Shown in pieces: positions 28,360 to 42,043 of a DNA stretch of 64,000 nt (position 1 is the stretch's first letter; every line of letters begins with the position of its first letter). The notes beneath the pieces are model-generated. The model saw nothing but the letters and a program-made list of their open reading frames with translations. It did no database searches and was not told where the DNA came from. The translations under genes and the position numbers were made by a program. Source of the DNA: Octopus sinensis (lineage: Eukaryota); the NCBI RefSeq assembly GCF_006345805.1, contig NC_042999.1, forward strand, positions 92,008,001-92,072,000. Reading direction: 5' to 3'.

Positions 28360-28810
28360 GGCGCAGATGTGGCTGTGTGGTTGAGAAGCTCTCTTGCCAA
28401 CAATATAGTCTTCGGTTCAACCCCACTACGCGGAACTTTCAGAAAATGACATCTCCTATAACTCTGGACCGACCAAAATCGGTCTGATAAGACGTATGTA
28501 AAGCTAAACGCTTTATGAACACGAAACCCTGGGTAACCCTATAAACCAGACACAACTATCTTTATATAAGTACATATAAGTGAACATCTTCAGGTCCCCT
28601 GCTGTTTGGATGGCTGGCTGGCTGAATATATTTATGTGAGTGTGTTTGCTCCCCCAGTATTAGTTTGTTTATGCTCCCGTAAATTAACATTCGGCAAAAG
28701 AGACTGATAGAATAAGAAACGGTCTTAAAAATGTAAGTACAATGAGTCGATTTATCCACTAAAAAATTCTTCATGGCGTTGCTGCATTCCCGGGGACCGA
28801 AATAAGCGTT
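28360..28810 (+). mobile_element. CORE-type SINE, interrupted by a hammerhead-bearing insert at about 28480-28630
   Basis: Head 28360-28478 and tail 28635-28810 match the 35702-36106 family. Confidence 0.65.
28481..28538 (+). ncRNA. Type I hammerhead ribozyme motif with one core substitution
   Basis: GGT-CTGATAA-stem II (TGTAAAGC/GCTTTATG)-GAAAC-CCTGG-GTA-ACC. Confidence 0.6.
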
Positions 28811-29692
28811 AGCTAAAACATACCAAAACTGAAGATAGAAATTAAAAATAAGACGATAAATAAACCCTTTCATGACACAGAGATAAACATTGTAATAATT
28901 AGGAGCCACATCAGGCATAAGTATAACAAGGGCTAGTAGGATAAAGGGTAGGACGGCAAACTAACTTGAGGTACAATAATCAAAATATGAAATTAATTAT
29001 TCAGTTTAGCATAAAGAATGTTTTTAATCGCACGGGACAGATGAGCCAACGAACAAACAGGATGTAGCTTGAAGTTTGTTTGTTTTTTTAATGAATGCTG
29101 TTAGGTTTTATGCTATTACGAATTCGAAACTAACATGTATAACCTAGTATAACTTCAAATTATTAACAAAGAAGAGTAGATATGCTACTATTATTATGGA
29201 ATTATTTAGAATTATATATTATGAATAAATAAATAAATAAATACATAAATAAATAAATAAATAAATACATAAATAGGTATAGAAAATATGTCTTAGAGAT
29301 ATATTTGGGGTGAATGGCTTATATTAAGTTTGGAGATAGTCAAAAGGAAGAATGACCGAATGATTTAATATGGGGAATAAAATAATTTAGTTCGCTACTG
29401 ATAAAATGATATGCTTACATTTATTATTTGCATTACTCAGCTAGAAAAATAATAAAGATATATGAAATAAAGTTTAAAATTACATTAGAGAGAGAATGTA
29501 AGGTAAAATGATTATAATAGAAACACAATTATTACAAAGAAAAACAGAAAGATAGAAACATATAGACACTGAATAATTCATATAAATATATGTGTGTGTG
29601 TGCAAATACACAAAGGTACAGCACGCACATATACAAATACATATACCTATGTTTATGTACGAGTGTGTGTATGTGTGGGTGTGAGTGTGTGT

Positions 29693-29734
<42 letters not shown>

Positions 29735-30158
29735 CATGGATTTGTTTGCAAGAACAAACATTCCAAAGAATATAAATATTCACGAAAATATTTATACACA
29801 CAAGTCTATGGATAAGAATGGCCATATATGGGAAGTCCGTCGTGTAGAAGGCAGTTGGACTGGAAATGAATAATACGCAACAACGATATGGACGCACAGT
29901 TACAAGCAAATAATTTGTATACTTAAACAGACACGCGTACAAATATATGCAATATGTGTTTCGCCAAACAGGACATACATAAACGCGTGTTCATTCATAT
30001 ATATTAAGCCCTCACAATGATATATGCTGATGCACATATATACATTTCTACATATAAAGAAAGTTACGTATACATAAAACGGGAGACATATAGCTTTACA
30101 GATAAGAACGTGTGTAGATTTTACAAGTTTATATATATTTAAGTATGTGTATGTGTAA

Positions 30159-30226
<68 letters not shown>

Positions 30227-30239
30227 CACCTTGATCACC

Positions 30240-30575
30240 TTGACCGACCAGTCCGTCGCTACTCACGTGCTCTCTCAACGAGATTCCAAGCATTGACCTC
30301 TCCATGGCTCTTTGTGACGTTACCAATCTCTGTTCTTCTTTCTTTGTTGTAGCCCATGTTTCACTACCATATAACATGCAGGTAGAACTGTGCTATTGAT
30401 GAAGTTGGCACGGGTGGTCCTGTCCAACCTTCCGTTGAGCACATCCCTTATGCCATTAAACACCTTCCATCCGGCCCTTACTCTCTGTGAGATCTCCTTT
30501 TCGATATCTCGGCACATATTCACTTCCTGTTACAGGTAGACATATTCCTTTACCTCCTCTATTTCATCACTCTAT
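30240..30575 (-). mobile_element. RTE-clade LINE fragment
   Basis: DIEKEISQRVRAGWKVF...STVLPAMLYGSETWA...QRAMERSMLGISLREHV. Confidence 0.85.
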
Positions 30576-32185
30576 TCGGGCTCGTGTGTTCCTACATCAA
30601 TGTATGTATACATTTGTATACATAAAAATCTGCACGCATATATCATCTTTTAATTGCTTCAGTCATTAGAGGCTCTGGAGCACCGCCCTGAAAAAATTTA
30701 GGTAAACGAATCGACCCCAATATTTATTTTTAAAAAGCGAGGTACTTATTCTATACCTCACTTTTACCGAACTGCTAAGTTACCTGAGATGTAACAAATT
30801 AGAGCAGCTAAATCAATGATATCGACAGTGAATTTCTTTCACACGACATGAACACCACACTGTTCTGGCCTGCCCATCCTTGAAATAGAGATGAACCCAT
30901 TGAGTTAAAGTCAAATCAATATTAGTAACTAGGAGGACCCGTGAATATTTCACGGAATTAATAGTAAACCTATTGGATTATTCCTGAAAACTTTATCCAT
31001 AAAGACTGAAAGCGTGGGTCTATATCAAAAGACAGTCGCTCATCTGCTATTCATTGAGAAGTGAATGGAATTGGAATGCGATGATTACTTAATGCACTTT
31101 ATATATATATATATATACTTGGAAAAGGACGCGTGTGGTTTGATCATATAATAATATAAATAATATATAAATATATGCATATATACATGCATATATGCAT
31201 ATATGTACATACCTTCATATATATGTATATACACATACATATATGGGTACAGGACATTAAAAAATGTAGACACAATAAGAAAACGAAAACATAAAAGCAA
31301 AAACATAGAAAACGAACTTTTTTCGAACAACGAAAAATCAGAGAAACGAGACATGCAACATAAAGAGCATTCCCTTTATCGGTTGTCCCTGTTTCATCTA
31401 CTCCGCGTTTCGGAGGTAAGGACAAGACGCGACTTCGTTGAAACAGTCCTTCCCGCAAGGCAATTTTTTAAAAATTTGAGATTTTTTGCGGAAGGTGAAA
31501 GTGGTAGCAAAAACAGGAGAATGAGAACAAAACAATAAAAATAAACGGTGAGGGCTGTTAAGTCAAGACGTTGTGAAAAATTATTATGAACGCTAGAAAG
31601 ACGAGCTACGAGAAGAGACAGATAAATGTATATCTTGTCTTTACGAAGGAAGTGGAAGAAAGATCGCCTTTCGTCACGTGTCGGCTTAACAGCCCCCATC
31701 GTTTCTTTTACTGTCTTGTTCGGAAAGAGGAAAATGTTGAGAGAGAAGGAAAATAGGTAAGGAGCTGAGTTTGAGATTTTGTATATCATCTCGTGGCCAT
31801 GTACATATCTATATCTATAAACATACATGTATATATGTTTAAATACAATAACAAAATTATTTTAACTGGGCATTGATGAGCTAGCAAACAGAAATGATGT
31901 AGAACAAGCCGAGTGATCAGCAGTCCGAATAATTCCACCAGTATCCATATTGTATCCGTAGTAATTTATTCATTAATCGACTATACAGTCTTAGTGTAAA
32001 TATGTAACTCTAAGTAAGAATAATTCTGACACACTTGCTTTTTTGAGGTTAGTTTATTCTTTATCAATCAATTTCCAAAAATCGTATGAATTTACTTTGC
32101 CATTGACTCAGGATTATGGTTTCCATAACAAGCTGCGACAGAAGACTAACATTTACATGACCGATTCTCTTTCAAATTCATTAAT

Positions 32186-32373
32186 TCTTTTCTACTCTAG
32201 GCACAAGGCCCTAAATTTGGGGGGAGTGGGACAGTCGATAAGATCGATCTCAGTATGCAACTAGTACTTAATTTATCGACCCCGAAAGGATGAAAGACAA
32301 AGTCGACCTCGGCGGAATTTGAACTCAGAACATTTCACCCGGCGTGCTTACCGTTTCTGCCAGCTCGCCGCCT
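32186..32373 (-). mobile_element. SINE (same family as 8756)
   Basis: GGCGGCGAGCTGGCAGAAACGG head and GAGTTCAAATTCC B box; flanking direct repeat AAATTCATTAATTCT is a likely TSD. Confidence 0.85.
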
Positions 32374-32804
32374 TAAATTCATTAATTCTAAAGGCCATAT
32401 CTTACCAGACAGGCGTCTTTTATCTGCAAAGAAATTATCCCTATCACATATTAATCTTTCAGTCATTCTAAGATGATATATAGATTAATTGAAGGAGTTA
32501 TTTGGAAATCAGAATTTTATCTGAATTAAAGTAATCACTGTTGTGTCATCTCGATGAAATCTCAACGAATTTCACTGTATTTATCATTCTCAGAATATAG
32601 ATTTTACTGGAAATGTCTACGCAGCTAAACAGTTTGTTTGACCAACTGTTACGCTTGCAATGGATTTGTTACGAACTGACAATTCATCACGTTTCTGTAC
32701 AGTTAACAGTCAGTCATAGGTCGAAGTTTCTCGTCAGTCATACTTCAAAGAAACAGTTTCAAATCTTTAACCAGGATCCAGGATATCCTTTCACTATTGA
32801 CTGA

Positions 32805-32943
32805 TTCATCATCATCATCATCTTCTTCTTCTTCTTCTTCTTCTTCTTCTTCTTCTTCTTCTTCTTCTTCTTCTTCTTCTTCTTCTTCTTCTTCTTCTTC
32901 TTCTTCTTCTTCTTCTTCTTCTTCTTCTTCTTCTTCTTCTTCT
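32805..32943. repeat. (TCA)n(TCT)n microsatellite
   Basis: Direct reading. Confidence 0.97.
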
Positions 32944-33234
32944 AAGCAATAGTAGTTTCGTTCATTCTTTTTCAGTTTTTCCCTTCATTTTTTCAGCATC
33001 ACTCTCTAACACTATTTCCTCTTCCTCTCACATAGTTTCTATTACTTTGAAGCACACACACGCACACACACACACACACACATATATACACACATATATA
33101 CACACACACACTCACACACACACACATATACACACACACTCACACTCACACACACAGAGATACGTACACACACACGTACACACATACACACACCTATGCT
33201 GATATACAGTCATGCTTTCACCTGATGATAGACT

Positions 33235-33815
33235 TGTCAAAGGCTTTCTCCAAGTTAACAAACGCCAAGTACAAAGGTTTATCTTTGGCTAGTGATTTCT
33301 CCTGCAGCTGTCTTACCAGAAATATAGCATCAGTGGTGCTTCTCCCTGGCATAAAACCAAACTGCATCTCATCTAAACTATCTTTCCCTAATTAGTTGGG
33401 CTATGGCCCTCTTCGTAAATTTCATCTCTTGGGCCAACAATTTTATACCTCTGTAATTATTTCTATCTAAGGCGTCACTTTTACCTCTGTAACAGTTGAC
33501 TAGGGTACTGCTACATCAGTCAGTGTGTATTACTCCTTCCTGTAGCACCTGGTTAACTATAAGGGTGACTGGACCATAGCTTAAACCGCCAGATAATTTA
33601 AGGATCTCAGCGGTGATTCCTGATGGGCCAGGGGCTTTCCCTGTCTTCATATCCTTAATTGCTTATCTACCAAGATAATGTCGATTCGGTCAACATTTGA
33701 CAGACTCTCTTTTCCCCATTCATTCTCTTCATTTAGCAGCCTTTCATAGTGGTGTTCCAAAGTCTCTTTCTTTGCAGCATCATTAAATGCAAGTGAGCCG
33801 ATGGTGCTTGATCGA
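33235..33815 (-). mobile_element. RTE-clade LINE RT fragment
   Basis: MKTGKAPGPSGITAEILK, NYRGIKLL, QFGFMPGRSTTDAIFLVRQLQEK, AFVNLEKAFD. Confidence 0.88.
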
Positions 33816-34283
33816 ATACGTATATTAATTATCAGTGATCTCAAATTTAAAATTGAAATACTATACTGACGACGGGAGTGAGTAGAAATATGATTTTACA
33901 TCTTTTTATATCTCTTTAACTACGAAACACATATATAGTTAATCAAAGCCGGGTGGATTCGTTTTCTCTTTACCTGCGTGAGTTAAAAGTATTACTATCT
34001 GGGAGATATCTTATGGTAGTTGAATAGTATTTAACTGCTTTTTCTAAATTTCGGTATTAAGTGAAGCAATTTTTGCTGATCCCTAATTATAATTATGCTT
34101 ATGATTATAGATTTTTGTATAAGGTTACCGATAATGGTTCTTTTAACATATTGAACTACCTGGTAAAATTATTAATTATTAATGGATTAATTAATTTTAC
34201 CCTTTATTTTTATTGATACACATACACACACATACACACACACATACACACACACACACACCACACACACACACACACACACA

Positions 34284-34323
<40 letters not shown>

Positions 34324-34771
34324 GTCGTCTATAGGGGAGGTTTTTGAATATGCATATATCATAAAACCCTATTGTATTAGGCCGGCTACAGCTGGCTACA
34401 GCGTAACAATGCATTAAAATATTTATAAATTCCCTCCATGGATTATCATTATAATTACTGTGTGTGTGCTCGCGTGTGTGAATGTGTATGTGTGTGTGTG
34501 AAGGCGAATAGTTTTGTGATTATTTCGTAACTCCAGTACCCTCACCTCTAGAAATGAGTTGCGATGTCACTGGTGCCAAGCTGTATTGACCTTTTAGTTT
34601 CCCTTGGACAACATCGGTGGCGTGAAGAGGGGCAACTTCTGGTCTTCTACAAACAACCTTGCCCGCACTTGTATCTCGGAGGGGAACTCTCTTGATGCAA
34701 CCCCATGACTCTTCGGGATCGAAGGGAGTCACTCAAAATGCTTTCATATCTTTTCTTTTACTTTCTTTTTT

Positions 34772-35579
<808 letters not shown>

Positions 35580-35643
35580 AATATGCTTCAACACACGAAC
35601 TCATATAAAGAGTCTTGCAAACCAAATCCCAAAACGAAATATA

Positions 35644-35701
<58 letters not shown>

Positions 35702-35703
<2 letters not shown>

Positions 35704-36106
35704 CACAGGAGTGGTTGTGTGGTAAGTAGCTTGCTTACCAACCACATGGTTCCGGGTGCAGTCCCACTGCGTGGCATCTTGGGCAAGTGTCTTCTGCTAT
35801 AGCCCCGGGCCGACCAATGCCTTGTGGGTGGATTTGGTAGACGGAAATTGAAAGAAGCCCGTCGTATATATGTATATTTATATATATGTATATGTGTTTA
35901 TATGTTTGTGTGTCTGTGTTTGTCGCCCTAGCATTGCTTGACAACCAATGGTGGTGTGTTTACGTCCCCGTCACTTAGCGGTTCGGCAAAAGTGACCGAT
36001 AGAATAAGTACTGGGCTTACAAAGAATAAGTCCCAGGGTCGATTTTCTCGACTAAAGGCGGTGCTCCAGCATGGCCGCAGTCAAATGACTGAAACAAGTA
36101 AAAGAG
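35702..36106 (+). mobile_element. Full-length tRNA-derived CORE-type SINE
   Basis: A box TGGTTGTGTGG, B-box-like GGTGCAGTCCC, CORE CTTGGGCAAGTGTCTT, internal TA/TG tract, tail ATGACTGAAACAAGTAAAAGAG. Confidence 0.88.
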
Positions 36107-36299
36107 TTAGAGAGAGTATATATATATATATATATATCCTTTTTTGCTTTTATTTGTTTCACTCATTTGACTTGCCCTTTAGTCGAGCAAATCGACCCCA
36201 GGACTTATTCTATCGGAGTCTTTTGTCGAACTGCTAAGTTACGGTACCTCTTTCCGCCTCTCATTCTCTCTCTCCCTCCCTCTCCCCCGCTCTCTCTCC

Positions 36300-36330
<31 letters not shown>

Positions 36331-37417
36331 TTTCTTTTTTCTTTTCACTTTTTATCTAGTTTCACCTCAAAGCTGTGGCCATGAAGGGGCACCGCCATTT
36401 TGCTACATTGTTATTATCGAGATCCTCCTCTAGTATCTGGCAGTTAGTGAATAAGGAAGTTTGATGTATATGTATTAATTGAAGGGTACAGTATTATATA
36501 TCCATAACGGCCGATCTTACTAATCAGCTTGGCAATAGAGGTTCAAAAGAGTGTTATGTAACAGTTCGATTATGTAACCCTGCCATCTTCAGAGGTAGCC
36601 GTTATGGAATATATATATTGTGTTTGTGTGTGTGTGTGTGTGTGCATATTCAGAATACACTTAATATATATTTGCATCTTACGGTCTTTCTATATGCATG
36701 CGTGTATGTTGAAGAGTGAAATGTGAAATGTATTAGCATATGTAACTATACGAGAATTTGCTTTTCAGCTGCATACTCGGATTGATTTGCAATGACATCG
36801 ATCCTAATGCTAAGTATTGTATACATATCTATCATTATAAAGAGGTTCATCGTTTATTGATACATGTACAACATATTTACAGATGTTAAAACATTAATCA
36901 AACGAATGTAAACTTTCAAATAAACTCGTCTAGATGGATTTCTTTCAACAGATGAAATATGCTACTACCAATGTTTAATATTATTAAAAGATTTTTTTTT
37001 TAGTTGTTGTTTCAACATTCTTGTGATGTTTACCCTTATTTGCTCACCTGAAGAAATTATTCTACGTAAGGTATCTTAGCAAAAGAGTAATTCATTTTTT
37101 GTCACCTGCAAAGAAAATGGAATCTACACTTTAAAAAGGTCTTATCGCTGTAGCAACCCGTTATAACATTTACTCAATGTATTGAATGAGTGAGCTGTTG
37201 ATTTTAGTAATTCAAATCTGCTACTTTTATATCGCTTACAAAATGGTTTAGAGTAAAGTAGAAATGAAAACAAATATTTAAGTAGGAAATAAAATACTAT
37301 CCATTATTCATCATTTACTTAGCGACGTAGATTGGCAGGTTTTTAGTTCAAATTGCATCGATAGTAGCGGTCAGGTACTACACATCTGCTATTTAGACTA
37401 TATATATAATAATACAT

Positions 37418-37720
37418 GTGGAGGCACATGGCCTAGTGGTTAGAGCAGCAGACTCGCGGTCGAGGGATCGCGAGTTCGAATCTCAGTTCGGACGATGTGT
37501 GTGTTTATGACTGAAACACCTAAGCTCCATGCGGCTCTGGCAGAAGGTAATGGCGAACTTCTGCTGATTCTTTCGCCACAACTTTCTCTACCCTTTCCTC
37601 CTGCATCTTGCAGCTCACCTGCGACGAACCGGCGTCTCGTCCAGGTGGGGAACCTATACGCCAAGGAAACCGGGAAACCGACCCTTATAAGCCAGGCGTA
37701 GCTCGAGAAGGAACAAACAA
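37418..37720 (+). mobile_element. tRNA(Arg)-like-head SINE
   Basis: TGGCCTAGTGGTTAGAG A box, anticodon arm GAC-TCG-CGGTC, GAGTTCGAATCTC B box, followed by a non-tRNA body. Confidence 0.8.
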
Positions 37721-37987
37721 TATAATAATACATATTTAATATAATATAATACAAGTTCTTGTTTCAATGTATGTGTGTGTGCTTGCATGATATTTCCATT
37801 CTGTGTAAGTTGGACTTTTTTCTATTATATGCATGCATATGTACTTTTTTTGTATTAAGTGTATTTAATATTTTCTTTATGCCGACTTGCCTAACTTGCT
37901 TGTCCTTACATTTACTCCTATACCTGCTCAAGTTCAAATCTCTTGAGCACTACGAAGTGTATTCTATACAGAGAATATCTGCCTCTA

Positions 37988-38021
<34 letters not shown>

Positions 38022-38085
38022 TTATCTATCTCTCTCTCTCTCTCTCTCTATATAATATATATATATATATATATATAAAATTTAA

Positions 38086-38804
38086 AATTTAATAAGGGTA
38101 GAAATTTATATTAATCAATTAAAACCAGTGGCCCAGCATATTAAAAAACCCCGAAGATTAAAATATTTTTACATACAAAATTTAAAGGACTGACCACTAA
38201 ATATGGACAGTCAACATGCTAGATATAGACGTCAAATTGCTATTATCCACAAAGAATATGTTCTCAAATAAAAACTCAGCACAAAACCAAAGCATTAAAA
38301 ATAAGCAAGACAAATGAAAATATACGAAATAAAAATGATTTTTGATATGCTGGGCCACTGGTTTTAATTGATTAATATCAATTTCTACCCTTATTAAATT
38401 TTAATTTAAATAAATATGTTCTCTAACCGGTAAATTGACTGCTCTCAGCGCACCAAAGTGAAGGTATTTGAAAGATACACAAAAATATAATCGGTTTTAC
38501 TCCATGCACGCGAGACACCGGTCAAACGTTTTTGCATCTAATCCTGCAAATTGTATTTCTATTGACAGACCATGCTGACGAGATTACAGTTTATCCTTGC
38601 GGATATTAATAATCGAAACTGATTCAGTACATGGGTAATCATTTTTATTTCGTATATTTTCATTTGTCTTGCTTATTTTTAATGCTTTGGTTTTGTGCTG
38701 AGTTTTTATTTGAGAACATATTTTTTGTGGATAATAGCGATTTAACGTCTATATCTAGCATGTTGACTGTCCACTTTTAGTGGTCAGTCCTTTAAATTTT
38801 GTAT
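38086..38804. mobile_element. Hammerhead-bearing element with interleaved inverted repeats (Penelope pLTR / retrozyme-like)
   Basis: 38086-38147 is inverted at 38340-38403 and 38174-38340 is inverted at 38637-38804; a ribozyme motif lies between. Confidence 0.8.
38570..38634 (+). ncRNA. Intact type I hammerhead ribozyme motif
   Basis: CCATG-CTGACGA-GATTA...TAATC-GAAAC-TGATTCA-GTA-CATGG: all core nucleotides and three stems present; predicted cleavage after 38629. Confidence 0.85.
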
Positions 38805-39236
38805 ATATTTCTCTCTCTACCCCCCCTCTCTCTCTGTCTACATATATATATATATATATATATTGTTGCTATTATGCAGAAGTGTCGTAAGTCCAAAATG
38901 TTGCTTTTTCAGCGCATGAATAAATAGTTTAACCATTCCGTAGCAAAACCTTCGTACTACACTTTGGCAATTTTTGATGTCTTGGTATCTTAAGCAGCTA
39001 GAGATACGATAGTTTGACCAAAAGAACCGGCTATAGCAAGCAAAACTAAATTCTGAAAAAACTAATTTGGCCAAATTTGGACATACAACAGTTTAACATA
39101 ATATTAACGATATATATAATTGATTTAGGCAACAGTAACATGACTGAGGGTGTAAGAAACATCTATATTACTATTATTACATTAAATAGGGTCCTGAAAT
39201 TATATTAATAATAATATAATAATAATAATAATAATA

Positions 39237-39460
39237 CACCTACAACAACCATCCCTGTTGTTGTAGGAGCTCTGGGATTGATTAAAAAGGCACCGACAAA
39301 TTTTTTGACCAGATCCCCGGGAAACCATTAATGAAGCTTATAAAATTGTGTTGGCATCAAACGCCCACATTCTCGGGAAGTTTCTCTCCCTCTAATAGTC
39401 TCTGGTTGAAACCCGATCAGAAGATAAAATGGAATGCAATTTAATTGGAAAATGATAAAA
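39237..39460 (+). mobile_element. R4/Dong LINE extreme 3' fragment
   Basis: TTIPVVVGALGLIKK...QIPGKP...KIVLASNAHILGKFLSL*; (TAA)n on both sides. Confidence 0.75.
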
Positions 39461-39609
39461 TAATAATAATAATAATGATGCTTTTTACTGTAGGCACAAG
39501 GTCTGAATCTTTGGAGGAAGGCGTACGTCGACTTACACCGACCCCAATATTCAACTGGTACTTATTTCATTGATCTCCAATAACAACAACAACAACAACA
39601 ACAACAACT

Positions 39610-40530
39610 ATAATAATAATTTCTTTTATTTGCCACCAGGGCGAAGGATAACGGGGACAATACAAAGATAAAAAGTGTGGGAGCTTACATATAATGGAAT
39701 GATAAAATAAAAAAGTATCCATAATATACATTAGAAGGGAAGTATACATAGTATACGCCACTAGAAAAAAGGGGAGAAAGGTGATGTTGATGGGGTCCTC
39801 CTGAAACATGAGGACCTCTAGAGATAATCAAAGAACCCACCCATCCAAAGAACCAAGAGATAATCAAAGAACCCACCTGAATACCAAGGACGAGAGCCCT
39901 CTTGAACTTCTTTCTTCCGACTCACAGGTCTTTGCTGAGAGTGGTACCATCCATTCTTGCCACTTTCGCAACTTTCACCCACCTTTTCATAAATTCACTC
40001 GAAGATAGCCCCTCCCTCTCCACTCTCACTTTCCTTTTCAAGTGAAACTTGAAAAAGTCGATGACGGCTTTATCAAAGAGGAATTTTCTGTCCTCATTCC
40101 TTTCAGCCTCATCCATCGGATAACCTCTTTCGCCACAGCCACTAGATAAAAGAAAACAGCCTTGCCCTCCCGATTAAAGGAGGGCGAAGGGGCAATCATC
40201 ATTATGGACTTGGCTGACAGACGGATCTGTCCTACATGAGACGGCAGCTGTTCAACTTAACTCCAAAAGTCAGCAATACCTGGACACTGAACGAGTGCAT
40301 GCAGAACGGTTTCGTTGCTCTCCGAGCACCTCGGACAATCCCGTCTGACAGCACATCTGTGTCTGTAGAGTTCATCTTGAACTGGTAACGCCCCGCCCCC
40401 GGTAGCACTGCCAAACCAAAGATATCTAGAAATTATCCATAACGCTCCCCTACCGGAATAGACCTGCCAGTTCGTCTTCGTCGACGCCTAGGGTCTCCCC
40501 GAGGCCGTCGTCGCATTTCTCCGTTACTAA
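39610..40530 (-). mobile_element. L1/Tx1-clade LINE 3' end
   Basis: LPVQDELYRH..CPRCSESNETVLHALVQCP (CCHC), C-terminus FFKFHLKRKVRVER..FMKRW, 3' UTR with AATAAA and (TTA)n tail. Confidence 0.8.
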
Positions 40531-41199
40531 TCATCTGTAAATATCTAAAGTGGAACATCCACCAATCCCATTGCTCAACTTGTAGAGAACAGTGAGTGCA
40601 TATAATGTACACATACAGGTACACTCACATATTCATAGGTGTGAGCGTTTATGTATGCGTGCTATATATATATATATATATATACTAAAAAAAGTTCATG
40701 ATGTAACCGTCAGTACCTACAGGGCTATATCATCCACCTAACATTGATGTAAATGAAGTGCAGTTGGAAAGTCATAGAAATATTTGTATATCTAAGTAGT
40801 GCATATACCCCTTTTTTATTGAAGCTGCAAAAACTGTCACTCAGAGCTTCATGTTTCCGTCCGTCGGACATTTGTAGTCAAGACAAGAATAAAATTGTGT
40901 TTGTACATGTAACGTGATTTGATATAATGCAATTTGACGAATAAGCATTTGAATTTGATTGGGTAACTTATTTTCAAAATATCAACGGTACTGTATTCGC
41001 TAAAGGTTGGGCGGGTTAGTGTGTATAAATTGAACTGTAACATATATATATATATATATATATATTATAATAGAACAACCTTGAGTGAAGAAGTGAGTAA
41101 TGCGTGTCTAGAAGGGGTTAATTAATATTTAATAATTAACAGAGGCGTTAAGGTTGTTTTTATATTATAAATATATATATACGAGGTTACATCAAAAAT

Positions 41200-41688
41200 A
41201 TCCGCACTTTCGCCATAAAATATCTTTATTATTGTCGCACTACCTTCTGCGCATGCTTACTTATAGTTGATACTACTATGGTCATGTGATCGAAGTTTGA
41301 ACCTGATCGCGCCAATTTTCTTTCCGGTTTTGCAATGTATGCATGGCCGCTCCACTAGCAATGTGCACCAAAGACGAACTAAGAGCAGTGATCCGATTTC
41401 TCTAGTCGGAAGGTGTGTCGGGCTTTTAGCATAATACGTGAACAGTGCACTACCGCATAGAAGTGTATATGGGTGGATCGAGAAGTTTAAAAGTGACCGG
41501 ACAAGTGTGATGTTACGAAGAGGGAGCAGGGCGGCCGTAAACCTTCACCACTGACGAAAAAATTCAGCAAGCTCGAGAGATGGTAATGGTGAACCGGTGA
41601 TTTATCAATGATGAAGTAGCTTGTTCTCTGCAGATTAGTCATGGTTCTGCCTATCAAATCATCCACGATGAGGTCGGCTTCCGTAAAT
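41200..41688 (+). mobile_element. Mariner 5' fragment
   Basis: TA-CGAGG TIR start; MAAPLAMCTKDELRAVIRFL, SVYGWIEKFK, GAGRP, ISHGSAYQIIHDEVGFRK. Confidence 0.82.
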
Positions 41689-41730
41689 GAAACAAAAGGC
41701 ATTCAATACATTTATTGGGTGTTACATGTA

Positions 41731-41863
41731 TTACTCAAAACAGTGAGATTTGGATTCCTTACTACTTCAAGTTTCAAAGACCCTTATGGGGCCTTTCTCG
41801 TCAGGCTGGTAGCGGTTTCGAAACTTGAAGTAGCACGGATCTGAGCCAAACGCTTTTGAGTAA
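41731..41863 (-). ncRNA. Hammerhead-like motif inside a short inverted repeat
   Basis: Minus strand CTGACGA-GAAAGGCCC-CATAA-GGGTCTTT-GAAAC-TTGAA-GTA; stem I is weak. Confidence 0.5.
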
Positions 41864-41864
41864 T

Positions 41865-41909
<45 letters not shown>

Positions 41910-41933
41910 TGTGTGTGTGTGTGTGTGCGTGCG

Positions 41934-41980
<47 letters not shown>

Positions 41981-42043
41981 TTGTGTGTAAGTGTTTATGT
42001 TTCTCTGTGTGTGCGTGTGTGTACGTATAGAGTGTTTGAATTA

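Noticed and set aside
37418-37495. tRNA-Arg gene
   Set aside because: No proper acceptor stem; continues into a SINE body.
40433-40624. Arg-rich ORF (MRRRPRGDPRRRRRR) as a second protamine-like gene
   Set aside because: Alternative frame of the Tx1-like LINE ORF2 remnant.
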